Shown one piece after another: positions 28,265 to 36,418 of a stretch of 40,492 nucleotides of DNA. The translations under genes were made by a program, and so were the position numbers. The notes under the pieces are model-generated. The model made no database searches, was not told where the DNA came from, and worked only from the letters and a program-made list of their open reading frames with translations. Origin of the DNA: a virus; the UHGV virus genome UHGV-0071542, one strand, 5' to 3'. The stretch's first letter is position 1. Every line of letters begins with the position of its first letter.

Positions 28265-28777
28265 TCACTCTCCTTTGATGCCAATGTTTACAGCCTGGCA
28301 AGCCTCTTTGAGCACCCAGTCAACAGCGTCTTTCCATGCTCCGGTTTCGACTGGTGGATTTTCACGCTTAACCTGTTCATAGAAGCGCACTGCTTTAATC
28401 AATCCTTCTGGTGTCAGTGGCACAGGCGGGGCAGTGAATAACGCCTGAATTTCATAGTTCGGTCTGTCGTTGCAATCCTCTTTTGTCGGTACATATTTCC
28501 AGTCACCAACCCACGGCTCCCCCTGTGAGTCCGTAATGCTTTTTTTCACGTAGCGATATCGCCATGCCATCGGTTCTGCTTCCAGCGATGCCAGCACAAT
28601 TCGTGCCAGCTCACGCACAACTTCCGGCGGCGCGTAACGGTCATTCAGGTCATCCCACAGGCGTAGCATGTTATCGCTACCAGGGTGAACATCCTCGTTA
28701 GTTCCGGCAAGCGCACTAATAACCTCATCGGCTGCCTCAATAATTTTCAGAGCTTGTTCTCTGGTAATAGTGGTCAT
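28265..28777 (-). CDS. Ead/Ea22-like hypothetical protein (170 aa)
   Basis: N-terminus MTTITREQ; ends ...IGIKGE encoded by the junction element. Confidence 0.45.
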   Translation of the reverse strand: MTTITREQALKIIEAADEVISALAGTNEDVHPGSDNMLRLWDDLNDRYAPPEVVRELARIVLASLEAEPMAWRYRYVKKSITDSQGEPWVGDWKYVPTKEDCNDRPNYEIQALFTAPPVPLTPEGLIKAVRFYEQVKRENPPVETGAWKDAVDWVLKEACQAVNIGIKGE

Positions 28778-28983
28778 TTGTTAATCCTCAAAACTTTATG
28801 CCCGGGCGCAAAAGCACGCGTTTTGTCTTTGCTTATTCGCCAGCCATCCTTGCGCGCCTCTTTTGCACAGCCAGCCCATGACGTACCGATATACTCACCG
28901 AAGTCTGGCACTGGATATACACCTTCCGTACACTGGCGGCAGTCACAATAGAGATGCATTGTGTAACTTGCGGCAATAGCCAT
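28774..28983 (-). CDS. Small Cys-rich protein (about 70 aa)
   Basis: ATG after AAGGAGAG RBS; motif HLYCDCRQC. Confidence 0.4.
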   Translation of the reverse strand: MAIAASYTMHLYCDCRQCTEGVYPVPDFGEYIGTSWAGCAKEARKDGWRISKDKTRAFAPGHKVLRINK

Positions 28984-28984
28984 A

Positions 28985-29173
28985 TCACTCTCCTTTAGTG
29001 CGCAAGTGGTTTTTCCAGCGGTTTTGCGCCGCGCTGGGCTTTTTGCAAAAACCACAATCCATCATCCCGTAATATTTCATCAACCCCATCCGTCGGTTGC
29101 TGAGTCTCACCCACTGCCAGACGCCAGGAGCGTTTCTACGAACTAACAGAATCTTTGCTTTACGGTTTTTCAT
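28985..29173 (-). CDS. Small basic protein (62 aa)
   Basis: RBS GGAGAG; ends ...TKGE at junction element. Confidence 0.35.
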   Translation of the reverse strand: MKNRKAKILLVRRNAPGVWQWVRLSNRRMGLMKYYGMMDCGFCKKPSAAQNRWKNHLRTKGE

Positions 29174-29345
29174 CGCTTTGCTCTCCTGCGTCTCTTTGCT
29201 GCTCGTCGTGCCGCTGCAATACCGGTATGGCGGCGCTTTGGTGCCGGGATGATGTTGTCAGCCATCAGGACATACGGCTTTGCAATTAGCGCAGAAGCCC
29301 AAAAACGAGTCGGGTACGGTAACAAGCCAATACATGCCACACGCA

Positions 29346-29834
29346 CTACTCACCTCCGTTGATGCGAATGCCTGTTGCAATGCTGTTTATGATGCTGTCA
29401 GTGTATGGGGTAGAAAGCTGGGCATCTCCAGCAATTTTCATGACATCAACATCTGCATATCGAATACCGAGGTGTATCAGACCGGCTATACCTGACTTAA
29501 GCCGAGCATTTTCCATAAACAGATCCTTTGCCCGCTGTTTTTCTGCCTCAAGCTCAACGCGCAACTTCCCTACCGTTAGCGCAATATCCTCGTTCTCCTG
29601 GTCGCGTGATTTGATGTATTGCTGGTTCCTTTCCCGTTCATCCAGTAGTGCCAGCACGGTTTCTGGTCCGGCCAGAAATTTGAAGGCGTTGAGCGCATCA
29701 ATATCCACACCGTAATCTTTAAGTTCCTGTTCACTTAACAAATCATCATCAGCTGGCAACATTAACAGGCGTTCCATTGCTGGAATTGCACGTTCCGCCG
29801 CCTCACGCAGTGCCTGGTAATTAATTTCGCTCAC
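29346..29834 (-). CDS. Hypothetical coiled-coil protein
   Basis: GTG start overlapping upstream stop (GTGA); RBS AAGGAAG. Confidence 0.4.
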   Translation of the reverse strand: MSEINYQALREAAERAIPAMERLLMLPADDDLLSEQELKDYGVDIDALNAFKFLAGPETVLALLDERERNQQYIKSRDQENEDIALTVGKLRVELEAEKQRAKDLFMENARLKSGIAGLIHLGIRYADVDVMKIAGDAQLSTPYTDSIINSIATGIRINGGE

Positions 29835-30490
29835 TGGCTGCTTCCTTTGCGAATTTGTTCCGCCCATTCTTCAAGGGATTTCTCCGCATATTCACCAGAC
29901 AGGCCATCAATCGGATGCGCTTCATTAGCCAACTCTTCTTTCGCTGACAAAATCATGCGTGTAACGTCGAAAACTTCACGCAAAGACTTATTGATAAATC
30001 CGTGATTGAACGCAGCAGCAAGACGGCTGGCGGTATAGTTAATCCCCTCGTTGCGTGCTTCCGCACGAATTTCAGTCAGGAAAGCATCGGTGGCTGGAAT
30101 GGGCTTTTGTGGTGATATAGCAATGCGAATTGTCTCAAGGTCTGGATCTGTTTCCGCTGCTGGAACCTTGATATAACCCATCTGCACCCCATTCATGATG
30201 AACCTGCGACGGTCATCACATATCGCCTTTAGCCCCGCATTCTCCGCTGCCAGCGCCGAAAACTTCTCGTGTGCCAACTTAACAGCCGCATCAGCCTGCT
30301 TAATTGATTCAATCGCTTTCTGGTGGTCTTCGGCCAGCGCATTAGCACGCACCAGTTGCACTTCCAGTTGCGTTGCCAAATCGCTGATCAGCTTTGCCAC
30401 ACTGCGCATATCAACGGCACCACATTCAGCTTTCAGTTCCGAAGCCATCTCATGCCCGGCGGAAACTAACCCTTTGATATTACCGTCCAT
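29831..30490 (-). CDS. Hypothetical protein (219 aa)
   Basis: Coupled ORF downstream of DUF1064-like gene. Confidence 0.4.
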   Translation of the reverse strand: MDGNIKGLVSAGHEMASELKAECGAVDMRSVAKLISDLATQLEVQLVRANALAEDHQKAIESIKQADAAVKLAHEKFSALAAENAGLKAICDDRRRFIMNGVQMGYIKVPAAETDPDLETIRIAISPQKPIPATDAFLTEIRAEARNEGINYTASRLAAAFNHGFINKSLREVFDVTRMILSAKEELANEAHPIDGLSGEYAEKSLEEWAEQIRKGSSQ

Positions 30491-30551
30491 CTTTACCCTC
30501 GCTTATCCACATAACTTATTGATTACATTGATAACTAAAAAGATCGTCGAT

Positions 30552-30896
30552 TCAGAACTCTTCGATGTTCCAGCCACCACCTGCTTTCTTTGGCTTAACC
30601 GTTACCCCGATGATTCGGAACGGATACTGATCTGCGGCGACTTTGGTTTTCACTCTGGCGTCATCGGTCCAGAAACCTTTCACTTCGTGTAGTTCCATCT
30701 CGCCGGTGGCGAGCATCACAGCAAAATCGGGCGTATAGAACGTGTTGTCAGCTAACCGCAGCTTGATACCCTCGAATCGATACCAGGCGATTTCCCCTGC
30801 ACGTTTACGCAGCTCAAGGTGCTGGCAATACGCAGATTCTGTTTTGTTCATCTGGCCTGTTTTGAGTCGACCAAGAGCCTGTATCTGTTTTCTCAT
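30552..30896 (-). CDS. DUF1064-like protein (114 aa)
   Basis: Small protein downstream of replication genes; recalled resemblance to DUF1064; start codon 5 nt downstream of GAGGT inside operator-like site. Confidence 0.45.
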   Translation of the reverse strand: MRKQIQALGRLKTGQMNKTESAYCQHLELRKRAGEIAWYRFEGIKLRLADNTFYTPDFAVMLATGEMELHEVKGFWTDDARVKTKVAADQYPFRIIGVTVKPKKAGGGWNIEEF

Positions 30897-30899
30897 GAT

Positions 30900-30914
30900 T
30901 TACCTCTAAGGTAA
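30900..30914. promoter_or_regulatory. Operator-like palindrome TTACCTCTAAGGTAA overlapping the RBS, just downstream of TAATTA
   Basis: Minus sense: TTGATT-18nt-TTAATTACCTTAGAGGTAAATCATG, same arrangement as at 34039-34081. Confidence 0.5.
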
Positions 30915-30961
30915 TTAAAAACCACATAAGACACGAAATCAATAGAGTTTAGAATATTTTA

Positions 30962-30976
30962 TTACCCAACAGGTAA
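30962..30976. promoter_or_regulatory. Operator-like palindrome TTACCCAACAGGTAA inside a promoter spacer
   Basis: Minus sense: TTGATA-ATTACCTGTTGGGTAA-TAAAAT (16-nt spacer). Confidence 0.5.
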
Positions 30977-31013
30977 TTATCAAGGCGTAAAAAAATGCGC
31001 TATCGCGCTGGTA

Positions 31014-31814
31014 TTACTTGATAAATCCTGCCGCCTTTCCCCGCCTGTATTCCTCCATCAGCCACTGCGCCGGTGTTATTCCCCCAAGGGTGGCGGCGTT
31101 AGGCATGCACCCGAAACTTCGCCCTGGTGGATGGTAAACGTCTCTCCCTGTGTCCGGAGGCGTACTCATGGGTTCTGGCTTTGCCTGTATGCTGATCACC
31201 GGATCGGGTATCTGCTGTCCGGAAGCCACCTTTTTCGCCCAATCATCGAGCAGCCTGCGCGCGTGTTTCTCAACCTCTATCTCGCTAAGCTGGCGCTGAT
31301 ACATTGCACGGCGGGTATCACATACGACCCAGTACATAACCGGATGCCGCCACGGGAATCTTTCGGGACCACCAGGATATAAACTTTTTTCCTTGCTGTA
31401 CCGGTGAAACTCCGTCATCACATCGTCAATGGTGACGCCAAGAACCATCTTGCTGTCTTTGCACCACTTGATGAATTGCCCTGGCGACGGCCAGAACGGA
31501 GAATCACTGGCGCGGGCGTGGCGCATACCAGCAGAAACCTGTTCACGGGTTCGGATCCCCCCTTCGGCAAACGCAGCAATCCACTGCTGTTTTGCAGCAA
31601 CTTCCTGCTCTGGCGTCTTCAGGTTGGTTACCACTGCCGCCGGAAACAGTTGTTTCAACTGTTTGAAAAGGGCATCAACAAGCCTCTCTGCTGACATGTT
31701 CACTACGTTGTCATTGTTGACGTACTGATGCTCATAACCTGACATGCGAGAAAGGGCTTCTCCGTCACGGTTTTGTATTGCGGTAAAAACGTTGTTCACA
31801 AGAAATCCTCCCAT
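31014..31814 (-). CDS. Replication protein P-like helicase loader
   Basis: GMRHARASDSPFWPSPGQFIKWC aligns with lambda P GMRVARRQNRPFLPSPGQFVAWC; follows the initiator gene. Confidence 0.75.
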   Translation of the reverse strand: MGGFLVNNVFTAIQNRDGEALSRMSGYEHQYVNNDNVVNMSAERLVDALFKQLKQLFPAAVVTNLKTPEQEVAAKQQWIAAFAEGGIRTREQVSAGMRHARASDSPFWPSPGQFIKWCKDSKMVLGVTIDDVMTEFHRYSKEKSLYPGGPERFPWRHPVMYWVVCDTRRAMYQRQLSEIEVEKHARRLLDDWAKKVASGQQIPDPVISIQAKPEPMSTPPDTGRDVYHPPGRSFGCMPNAATLGGITPAQWLMEEYRRGKAAGFIK

Positions 31815-32611
31815 GCTTCAGGGCTGTTCCAGTGCGGAACGTTGTTATCAGGTAATGTTGATTGCTTCTGTCTGCTAATCTGCAGCCGCCTTGCCAGCTT
31901 CTGCTCCCACTGCGCCTGATGGTATGCCTTACCCTCAGCCATCCAGTAAATTCTGAACTCTGCAAGTTCCTGTGCCGTTGGCAGACTGTCCAGGTAGATC
32001 CCCTGCAATGAGCTTTTCCGAAGAAAGTCATCTGATGGTTGCCATTGTTCATGCATGACAAATTTGCCTAATTGCCCTGGCCCACCAGGAGGAACAAAGT
32101 TATTCATCACGGCGTTGTTTGCGCCGGGGTCATGAGGCACAGAATCCCCGCTTTTTGTCCTGCTCTCCCTCTCTTGGTTAAATGACTGGTTATATGACTG
32201 GTTCTGGATCCCGTTTTTGGGATCATTCAACATCCCGTTTTTGGGATCATTCAACATCCCGTTTTTGTGTATATTCCCGTTTTCGGTAACATTACCGTTT
32301 TCGGGTTCATTACCCCCTTCCCGGTTGCCTTTAATGTTCCCGTTTTTGGTTATATTAAGAGAGAAAACCCGCACTCTTTTCGTCGCTCCCTTTCTCTCTC
32401 CGGTATCTGAAATAAGCCCCATTTTCATGAGCGATATAAGCCCGGCCTGCACGGTTTTTTTATTCAGGCAAGTGTCTTTAACGAGGCGTTCTATGCTGGG
32501 GTAGCAGAGGTTATATTCATCGGCTCTGTCAGCCATCGAGAGCAGTATGAGCTTTAATGACGAGCTACCTGGATCTGTCTCCCAGGCCCAATCTGTTGCA
32601 TGTCTGCTCAT
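31796..32611 (-). CDS. Replication initiator (HTH N-terminus, Asn/Gly-rich middle encoded by iterons, DnaT-like C-terminus)
   Basis: Iteron array lies inside the coding region as in lambda O; precedes P-like gene. Confidence 0.6.
   Translation of the reverse strand: MSRHATDWAWETDPGSSSLKLILLSMADRADEYNLCYPSIERLVKDTCLNKKTVQAGLISLMKMGLISDTGERKGATKRVRVFSLNITKNGNIKGNREGGNEPENGNVTENGNIHKNGMLNDPKNGMLNDPKNGIQNQSYNQSFNQERESRTKSGDSVPHDPGANNAVMNNFVPPGGPGQLGKFVMHEQWQPSDDFLRKSSLQGIYLDSLPTAQELAEFRIYWMAEGKAYHQAQWEQKLARRLQISRQKQSTLPDNNVPHWNSPEAWEDFL
32209..32356. repeat. Origin iterons: about 6 copies of TCCCGTTTT(T)NGG, including two exact 24-mers TCCCGTTTTTGGGATCATTCAACA
   Basis: Exact 24-mers at 32209-32232 and 32233-32256, degenerate copies to about 32356; ATGACTGGTT x2 at 32181-32203. 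Confidence 0.7.
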
Positions 32612-32626
32612 GATTAATCTCCGCTA

Positions 32627-32827
32627 TCAGCTTGAATGTTGTGGGGAGGAATTAATCATGATCTGCTTAATCTCTGCCCTGATACGACGGTTTGATTCCA
32701 TGGTGCACTCAACACAGTGTCCGTTGTAAACCCAGCGTTCACTGTCATGTCCGTGCTTACATGTTTTTCCGGTGTAGTAGCGTTTAAGTCCGCGCTTTGC
32801 GGCATCAATACGTGTAATGATTTCCAT
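32627..32827 (-). CDS. Small zinc-ribbon-like protein (66 aa)
   Basis: ATG at 32827; motif CKHGH...CVEC. Confidence 0.4.
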   Translation of the reverse strand: MEIITRIDAAKRGLKRYYTGKTCKHGHDSERWVYNGHCVECTMESNRRIRAEIKQIMINSSPQHSS

Positions 32828-32906
32828 GGTAAGCCCTGTTATTAGTATTGGGATTACGGTTATTTTGTGCTGACACAAAAAAAAGATCAACCATATTTGG
32901 TTTTTT

Positions 32907-32921
32907 ATTACCTTTGAGGTA
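32907..32921. promoter_or_regulatory. Operator-like site TTACCTTTGAGGTAC (one arm imperfect)
   Basis: Between a hairpin after the Cro-like gene (about 32931-32960) and the next gene. Confidence 0.4.
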
Positions 32922-32977
32922 CGAATAGATATGAAAAGACCGCCGGATGGCGGTCTACAGAGGGTTGTGGCTGGATA

Positions 32978-33208
32978 TCATGAGTAGAAGAAGTATGCCA
33001 GTTCTGCTTTTGAGCGCAGCCATTGTCTTGATTTACAGGCTTTAAAAAGCCCATCCATCAATACCTTACCTGGCATTTTGCGCTTACCTGTTAAGTGAGT
33101 CTGGATATAGTGACTCGTCGTTCCGGCTTCCTGTGCGAAGGCTTCACGCTCATCCGGAGTAAGTGCAAGCCAGTGCTTTTTGAAATCGAAATGTCCGTTA
33201 TCGCTCAT
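32978..33208 (-). CDS. Cro-like HTH regulator (76 aa)
   Basis: Small HTH protein transcribed divergently from the repressor gene toward replication genes. Confidence 0.55.
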   Translation of the reverse strand: MSDNGHFDFKKHWLALTPDEREAFAQEAGTTSHYIQTHLTGKRKMPGKVLMDGLFKACKSRQWLRSKAELAYFFYS

Positions 33209-33244
33209 AGCTATTGCCTGATATTTATTTCAGATAATAAATAT

Positions 33245-33307
33245 TCACCTATAAGGTAACAAAAATCAAGGATAGTTACCCATGAGGTGCATTTACCTGT
33301 TGGGTAA
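33245..33307. promoter_or_regulatory. Divergent promoter/operator region with three operator-like sites
   Basis: TCACCTATAAGGTAA (33245-33259), TTACCCATGAGGTGC (33276-33290), TTACCTGTTGGGTAA (33293-33307); minus-sense -35 TTGTTA and -10 TATTAT overlap the first site. Confidence 0.55.
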
Positions 33308-33362
33308 TATTGCTTTAAATTGAATCATCTACTGATTCATATATGAGGCGATTTTCCAGAAA

Positions 33363-33947
33363 ATGAAAAGTATCCAGGACGTCCGCAGGCAAAATCTCAA
33401 CGACTTGATCGACCGTGAATTCAATGGTGTTCAGACGCGGATGGCCGAAAAACTTGGAACTCAGGCAAATCTGGTAAACCGCTGGGCTCTTGGTAAGAAG
33501 GTTATCGGCGATCAGGTTGCGCGAAAAATTGAAGCTGCCGCCAATAAACCCCGTAACTGGCTTGATATCGATCGCTCGCTTTCTCAGGAAGGTTTTCAGC
33601 CTGTCGGCCCAAGCGACATTGGCCAGCTGGCGGCTCACAACCTGGAACGCTGGATGAGCGAAAGCCGCGACCTTTCAACACAGGGAAAACTTCACCGCGC
33701 ATCCGGCGTAGCCCAGGTGACAATCAGCCGCCTGTTAAACAATGAGGTCAGCGTTTCCATTTCCACCCTGGAGAATGTTGCATCTGCATTCGGGCGTCAC
33801 GGATATGAACTACTGATTCACCCGCACGACCCTGCAACTATCAACTATGACCGCTCGCGCTACGCATTGTTACCTGAAACAGAGAAAGCAAAGATCGAAA
33901 GTTACATTGAATTTGTCATCAACCAGAACGAAAAAAGCAAACAATAA
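33363..33947 (+). CDS. Prophage repressor candidate: tandem HTH domains, no peptidase S24 domain
   Basis: Two HTH-like segments (residues about 10-70 and 95-160); cI-like position; no autocleavage motif seen. Confidence 0.5.
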   Translation: MKSIQDVRRQNLNDLIDREFNGVQTRMAEKLGTQANLVNRWALGKKVIGDQVARKIEAAANKPRNWLDIDRSLSQEGFQPVGPSDIGQLAAHNLERWMSESRDLSTQGKLHRASGVAQVTISRLLNNEVSVSISTLENVASAFGRHGYELLIHPHDPATINYDRSRYALLPETEKAKIESYIEFVINQNEKSKQ

Positions 33948-33967
33948 AACTATAGTTTTCAGCAAGT

Positions 33968-33992
33968 AAGCCGCCTCATGGCGGCTTTTTTA
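33968..33992 (+). terminator. Rho-independent terminator after repressor gene
   Basis: Hairpin AGCCGCC-TCAT-GGCGGCT followed by TTTTTTATT. Confidence 0.65.
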
Positions 33993-34004
33993 TTGCCAGA
34001 TAGA

Positions 34005-34081
34005 TTACCTTACGGGTAATTTTTTTAACTCATATCTATTGACACCAAACCAAATAAGCATAATTATTACCTCAACGGTAA
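34005..34081 (+). promoter_or_regulatory. Early-left promoter flanked by two operator-like sites
   Basis: TTACCTTACGGGTAA (34005-34019); -35 TTGACA (34039-34044); -10-like TAATTA (34061-34066); TTACCTCAACGGTAA (34067-34081). Confidence 0.6.
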
Positions 34082-34100
34082 CAGACCGAGGTAACAAGTT

Positions 34101-34250
34101 ATGCAGTGGAAAATCATCAACGGTTGGTACTGCGTTACTGCATGCGGATTCATGAGCTGGAAGTTCCGCACCTTACAGGAAGGCATCAAGTGGGCTTTCA
34201 TCAGCAAAGAAGCTCGCGATGTGGCAAACGATAACGAGATATGGGAGTAG
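34101..34250 (+). CDS. Small Trp-rich protein (49 aa), first gene of early-left operon
   Basis: Below ORF-track cutoff; RBS GAGGT 8 nt upstream; ends 8 nt before next gene. Confidence 0.35.
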   Translation: MQWKIINGWYCVTACGFMSWKFRTLQEGIKWAFISKEARDVANDNEIWE

Positions 34251-34258
34251 GTTAGCAA

Positions 34259-35293
34259 ATGAGTGAATTATCAATCATCGAAATCACACCAGACATGGCA
34301 CCAAGAATTTACGTTGAAAAAGGGCTGGAAAAGTTTCTCGAGCAGATCCGTGAAGGTGTTAATGAAGTGCCTGACATTAGCACAGACAAAGGCAGAAAGC
34401 GCATTGCATCTCTGGCTGCGAAGGTTTCAAGAAGTAAAACAGCGGTAGAAAAACCAGGACGTGATTATCTGAAACGCCTGAAAGAACAGCCGAAAGTAGT
34501 TGAAGCAGAGTTACGACGCTTCGTAACCGAATGCGATCGGCTTCGTGATGAAGTACGCCGCCCACTCACCGAGTGGGAAAATGCTGAGAAATTACGCACT
34601 GAAGCACTGCAACAACGCCTGACAAATTTGCGAGCACTAGCTGACGTGATCGATCTCTCCGGAAACTACTTGCCATCATCTGATATTCAGGAACGAATTC
34701 AAGAGGCTAAATCAGTAGCACTTGATGAAAGTTGGCAGGAGTACGCAGCAGAAGCTGGAGTAGCCAAGGATTCAACCATCCAGAAACTGGAAGAATCACT
34801 CGCAGTAGCTCAAAAACGCGAGCATGAAGCCGCTGAGCTGGAGCGACTTCGCAAAGAAGCGGAGGAAAAAGCGCGCATTGAGCGAGAAGAGAATATCCGA
34901 CGGGAAGCTGCTGAACAGGCCAGGCTCGAAGCTGAACAAAAAGCGAAAGCTGAAATTGAGGCTGCGGCACGCCTGGCGGCGGAAGAAAAAGCACGTGCTG
35001 AAGTAGCAGAACGTCAGCGAATTGAAGCAGAGCAGCGTGCACGACGCGAAAAAGAAGAAGCCGTTGCCGAGGAACGCCGACGCCAAGAGGCGGCAGAAAA
35101 AGCCCGCCTTGACGAACAGAAGCGTATCGCCGACGAAGAAGCGCGCCGAGCTGCAGATAAAGAGCATCGCCGTACCGTTAACCGCAGAGTAATCGCAGAT
35201 CTGATAGCCCAAGGCATTCACGAAGAATTCGCGCAGAAAGCAATGTTGGCTATCGCTGGCGGCAAAGTGCAGGACGCGTATATCAAATATTGA
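34259..35293 (+). CDS. Highly charged coiled-coil protein with EAR/EAA-rich repeats (344 aa)
   Basis: Long runs of Glu/Ala/Arg/Lys heptad-like repeats. Confidence 0.5.
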   Translation: MSELSIIEITPDMAPRIYVEKGLEKFLEQIREGVNEVPDISTDKGRKRIASLAAKVSRSKTAVEKPGRDYLKRLKEQPKVVEAELRRFVTECDRLRDEVRRPLTEWENAEKLRTEALQQRLTNLRALADVIDLSGNYLPSSDIQERIQEAKSVALDESWQEYAAEAGVAKDSTIQKLEESLAVAQKREHEAAELERLRKEAEEKARIEREENIRREAAEQARLEAEQKAKAEIEAAARLAAEEKARAEVAERQRIEAEQRARREKEEAVAEERRRQEAAEKARLDEQKRIADEEARRAADKEHRRTVNRRVIADLIAQGIHEEFAQKAMLAIAGGKVQDAYIKY

Positions 35294-35300
35294 GGTGGGT

Positions 35301-35600
35301 ATGAACGTTAATCAGCAGAAAAATCTTCAAAAAATCATGCTGGCATTCGACAAGGACTACCGCCTGTCAGAACAGCTATATGACCGACAAGTTGAACTGA
35401 TCGATAGCATCCGGCTTCATCAACTGGCCTCAACTTTTGACGCTGTAACAGGCAAAGGAGTTCGCCAGGAAGTACTGGAGGCTGCTAAAGACAGCCCTGA
35501 GTTCGAAGAACTGATGGATGCCTACCGGCGAGAGGCAATGGCAATTATCGCCCGCTGGGATCTGGCGGATCGGATTGATGGGCAGAGGGAAGCGGCATGA
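35301..35600 (+). CDS. Hypothetical protein (about 100 aa)
   Basis: ATG after GAGGTGGG RBS; ORF track starts at upstream GTG 35295. Confidence 0.45.
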   Translation: MNVNQQKNLQKIMLAFDKDYRLSEQLYDRQVELIDSIRLHQLASTFDAVTGKGVRQEVLEAAKDSPEFEELMDAYRREAMAIIARWDLADRIDGQREAA

Positions 35601-36418
35601 AACCGGGAATTTATTTCGACATCAGCAATGAGGACTACCACGCCGGTGACGGCGTGAGTAAGTCGCAACTGGACATGGTTGCCAAGAATCCGGCGCTTCT
35701 TAAATGGGTTCAGGCAGCACCAGAAGACGAAGAGAAAAAGTCTGCACTGGATATGGGAACCGCATTGCACTGTCTGCTTCTGGAGCCTGGAGAGTTCGAC
35801 AAACGCTTCATTGTTTCACCGAAATTCGATCGTCGGACGAAACAAGGTAAAGCTGACGAAGAGGCATTTCTTCGTGATGTGGCGGATATGGGGATTACGG
35901 TACTTGATGCCGAGCAGTGGCGGAAACTGGAGCTGATGCGTGATAGCGCAATGGCTCACCCGGCGGCACGCTGGATGCTGGAAGCCCCTGGTTACTGCGA
36001 AGCATCAATGTACTGGAACGATGAAGAGACGGGGGAGTTGTGCCGAATTCGTCCAGACAAATGGCTGAACGAGCACAACGTGATCGTCGACGTGAAAAAG
36101 GTTGCAGATATGGACCGTTTTGCACGCCACATCGAGGAATTCCGCTACCACGTGCAGGACGCAATGTACCGCGAAGGCGCAATGAGGGTTACTGGTCAGC
36201 CGCATGGTTTTTTCTTTCTTGCCGTGAGCGAAAGCATTGATTGTGGTCGGTATCCGGTACGCGTGTTCGAGCTGGATGCGCAGGATGTCGATGCCGGGCA
36301 CGCTCTGTTCCGCCGGGATCTGAATACCTATCACGAATGCCGCATCAATGATGAATGGGGCGGTGTGGAAATCATTAAACGCCCTGAGTGGGCACGCAAA
36401 CAGGATATGTACATATGA
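35597..36418 (+). CDS. PD-(D/E)XK-family recombination exonuclease
   Basis: Motifs IVDVKK and EYHAGDG; paired with the annealing-protein gene with ATGA overlap. Confidence 0.6.
   Translation: MKPGIYFDISNEDYHAGDGVSKSQLDMVAKNPALLKWVQAAPEDEEKKSALDMGTALHCLLLEPGEFDKRFIVSPKFDRRTKQGKADEEAFLRDVADMGITVLDAEQWRKLELMRDSAMAHPAARWMLEAPGYCEASMYWNDEETGELCRIRPDKWLNEHNVIVDVKKVADMDRFARHIEEFRYHVQDAMYREGAMRVTGQPHGFFFLAVSESIDCGRYPVRVFELDAQDVDAGHALFRRDLNTYHECRINDEWGGVEIIKRPEWARKQDMYI

Noticed and set aside
25957-31014. Lambda-style Q antiterminator and nin genes between replication and terminase
   Set aside because: No protein with Q-like features was recognised; the block consists of Ead/Ea22-like and small unknown genes and the lysis cassette is at the other end of the prophage.
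32209-32356. Possible CRISPR array
   Set aside because: Only two exact repeats with degenerate neighbours, no unique spacers of regular length, and the array is inside a replication initiator coding sequence; these are ori iterons.
34707-35221. Minus-strand ORFs antisense to the charged repeat protein
   Set aside because: They are artefacts of the GAA/GCN codon repeats on the sense strand; low-complexity Phe/Leu-rich translations with no start context.
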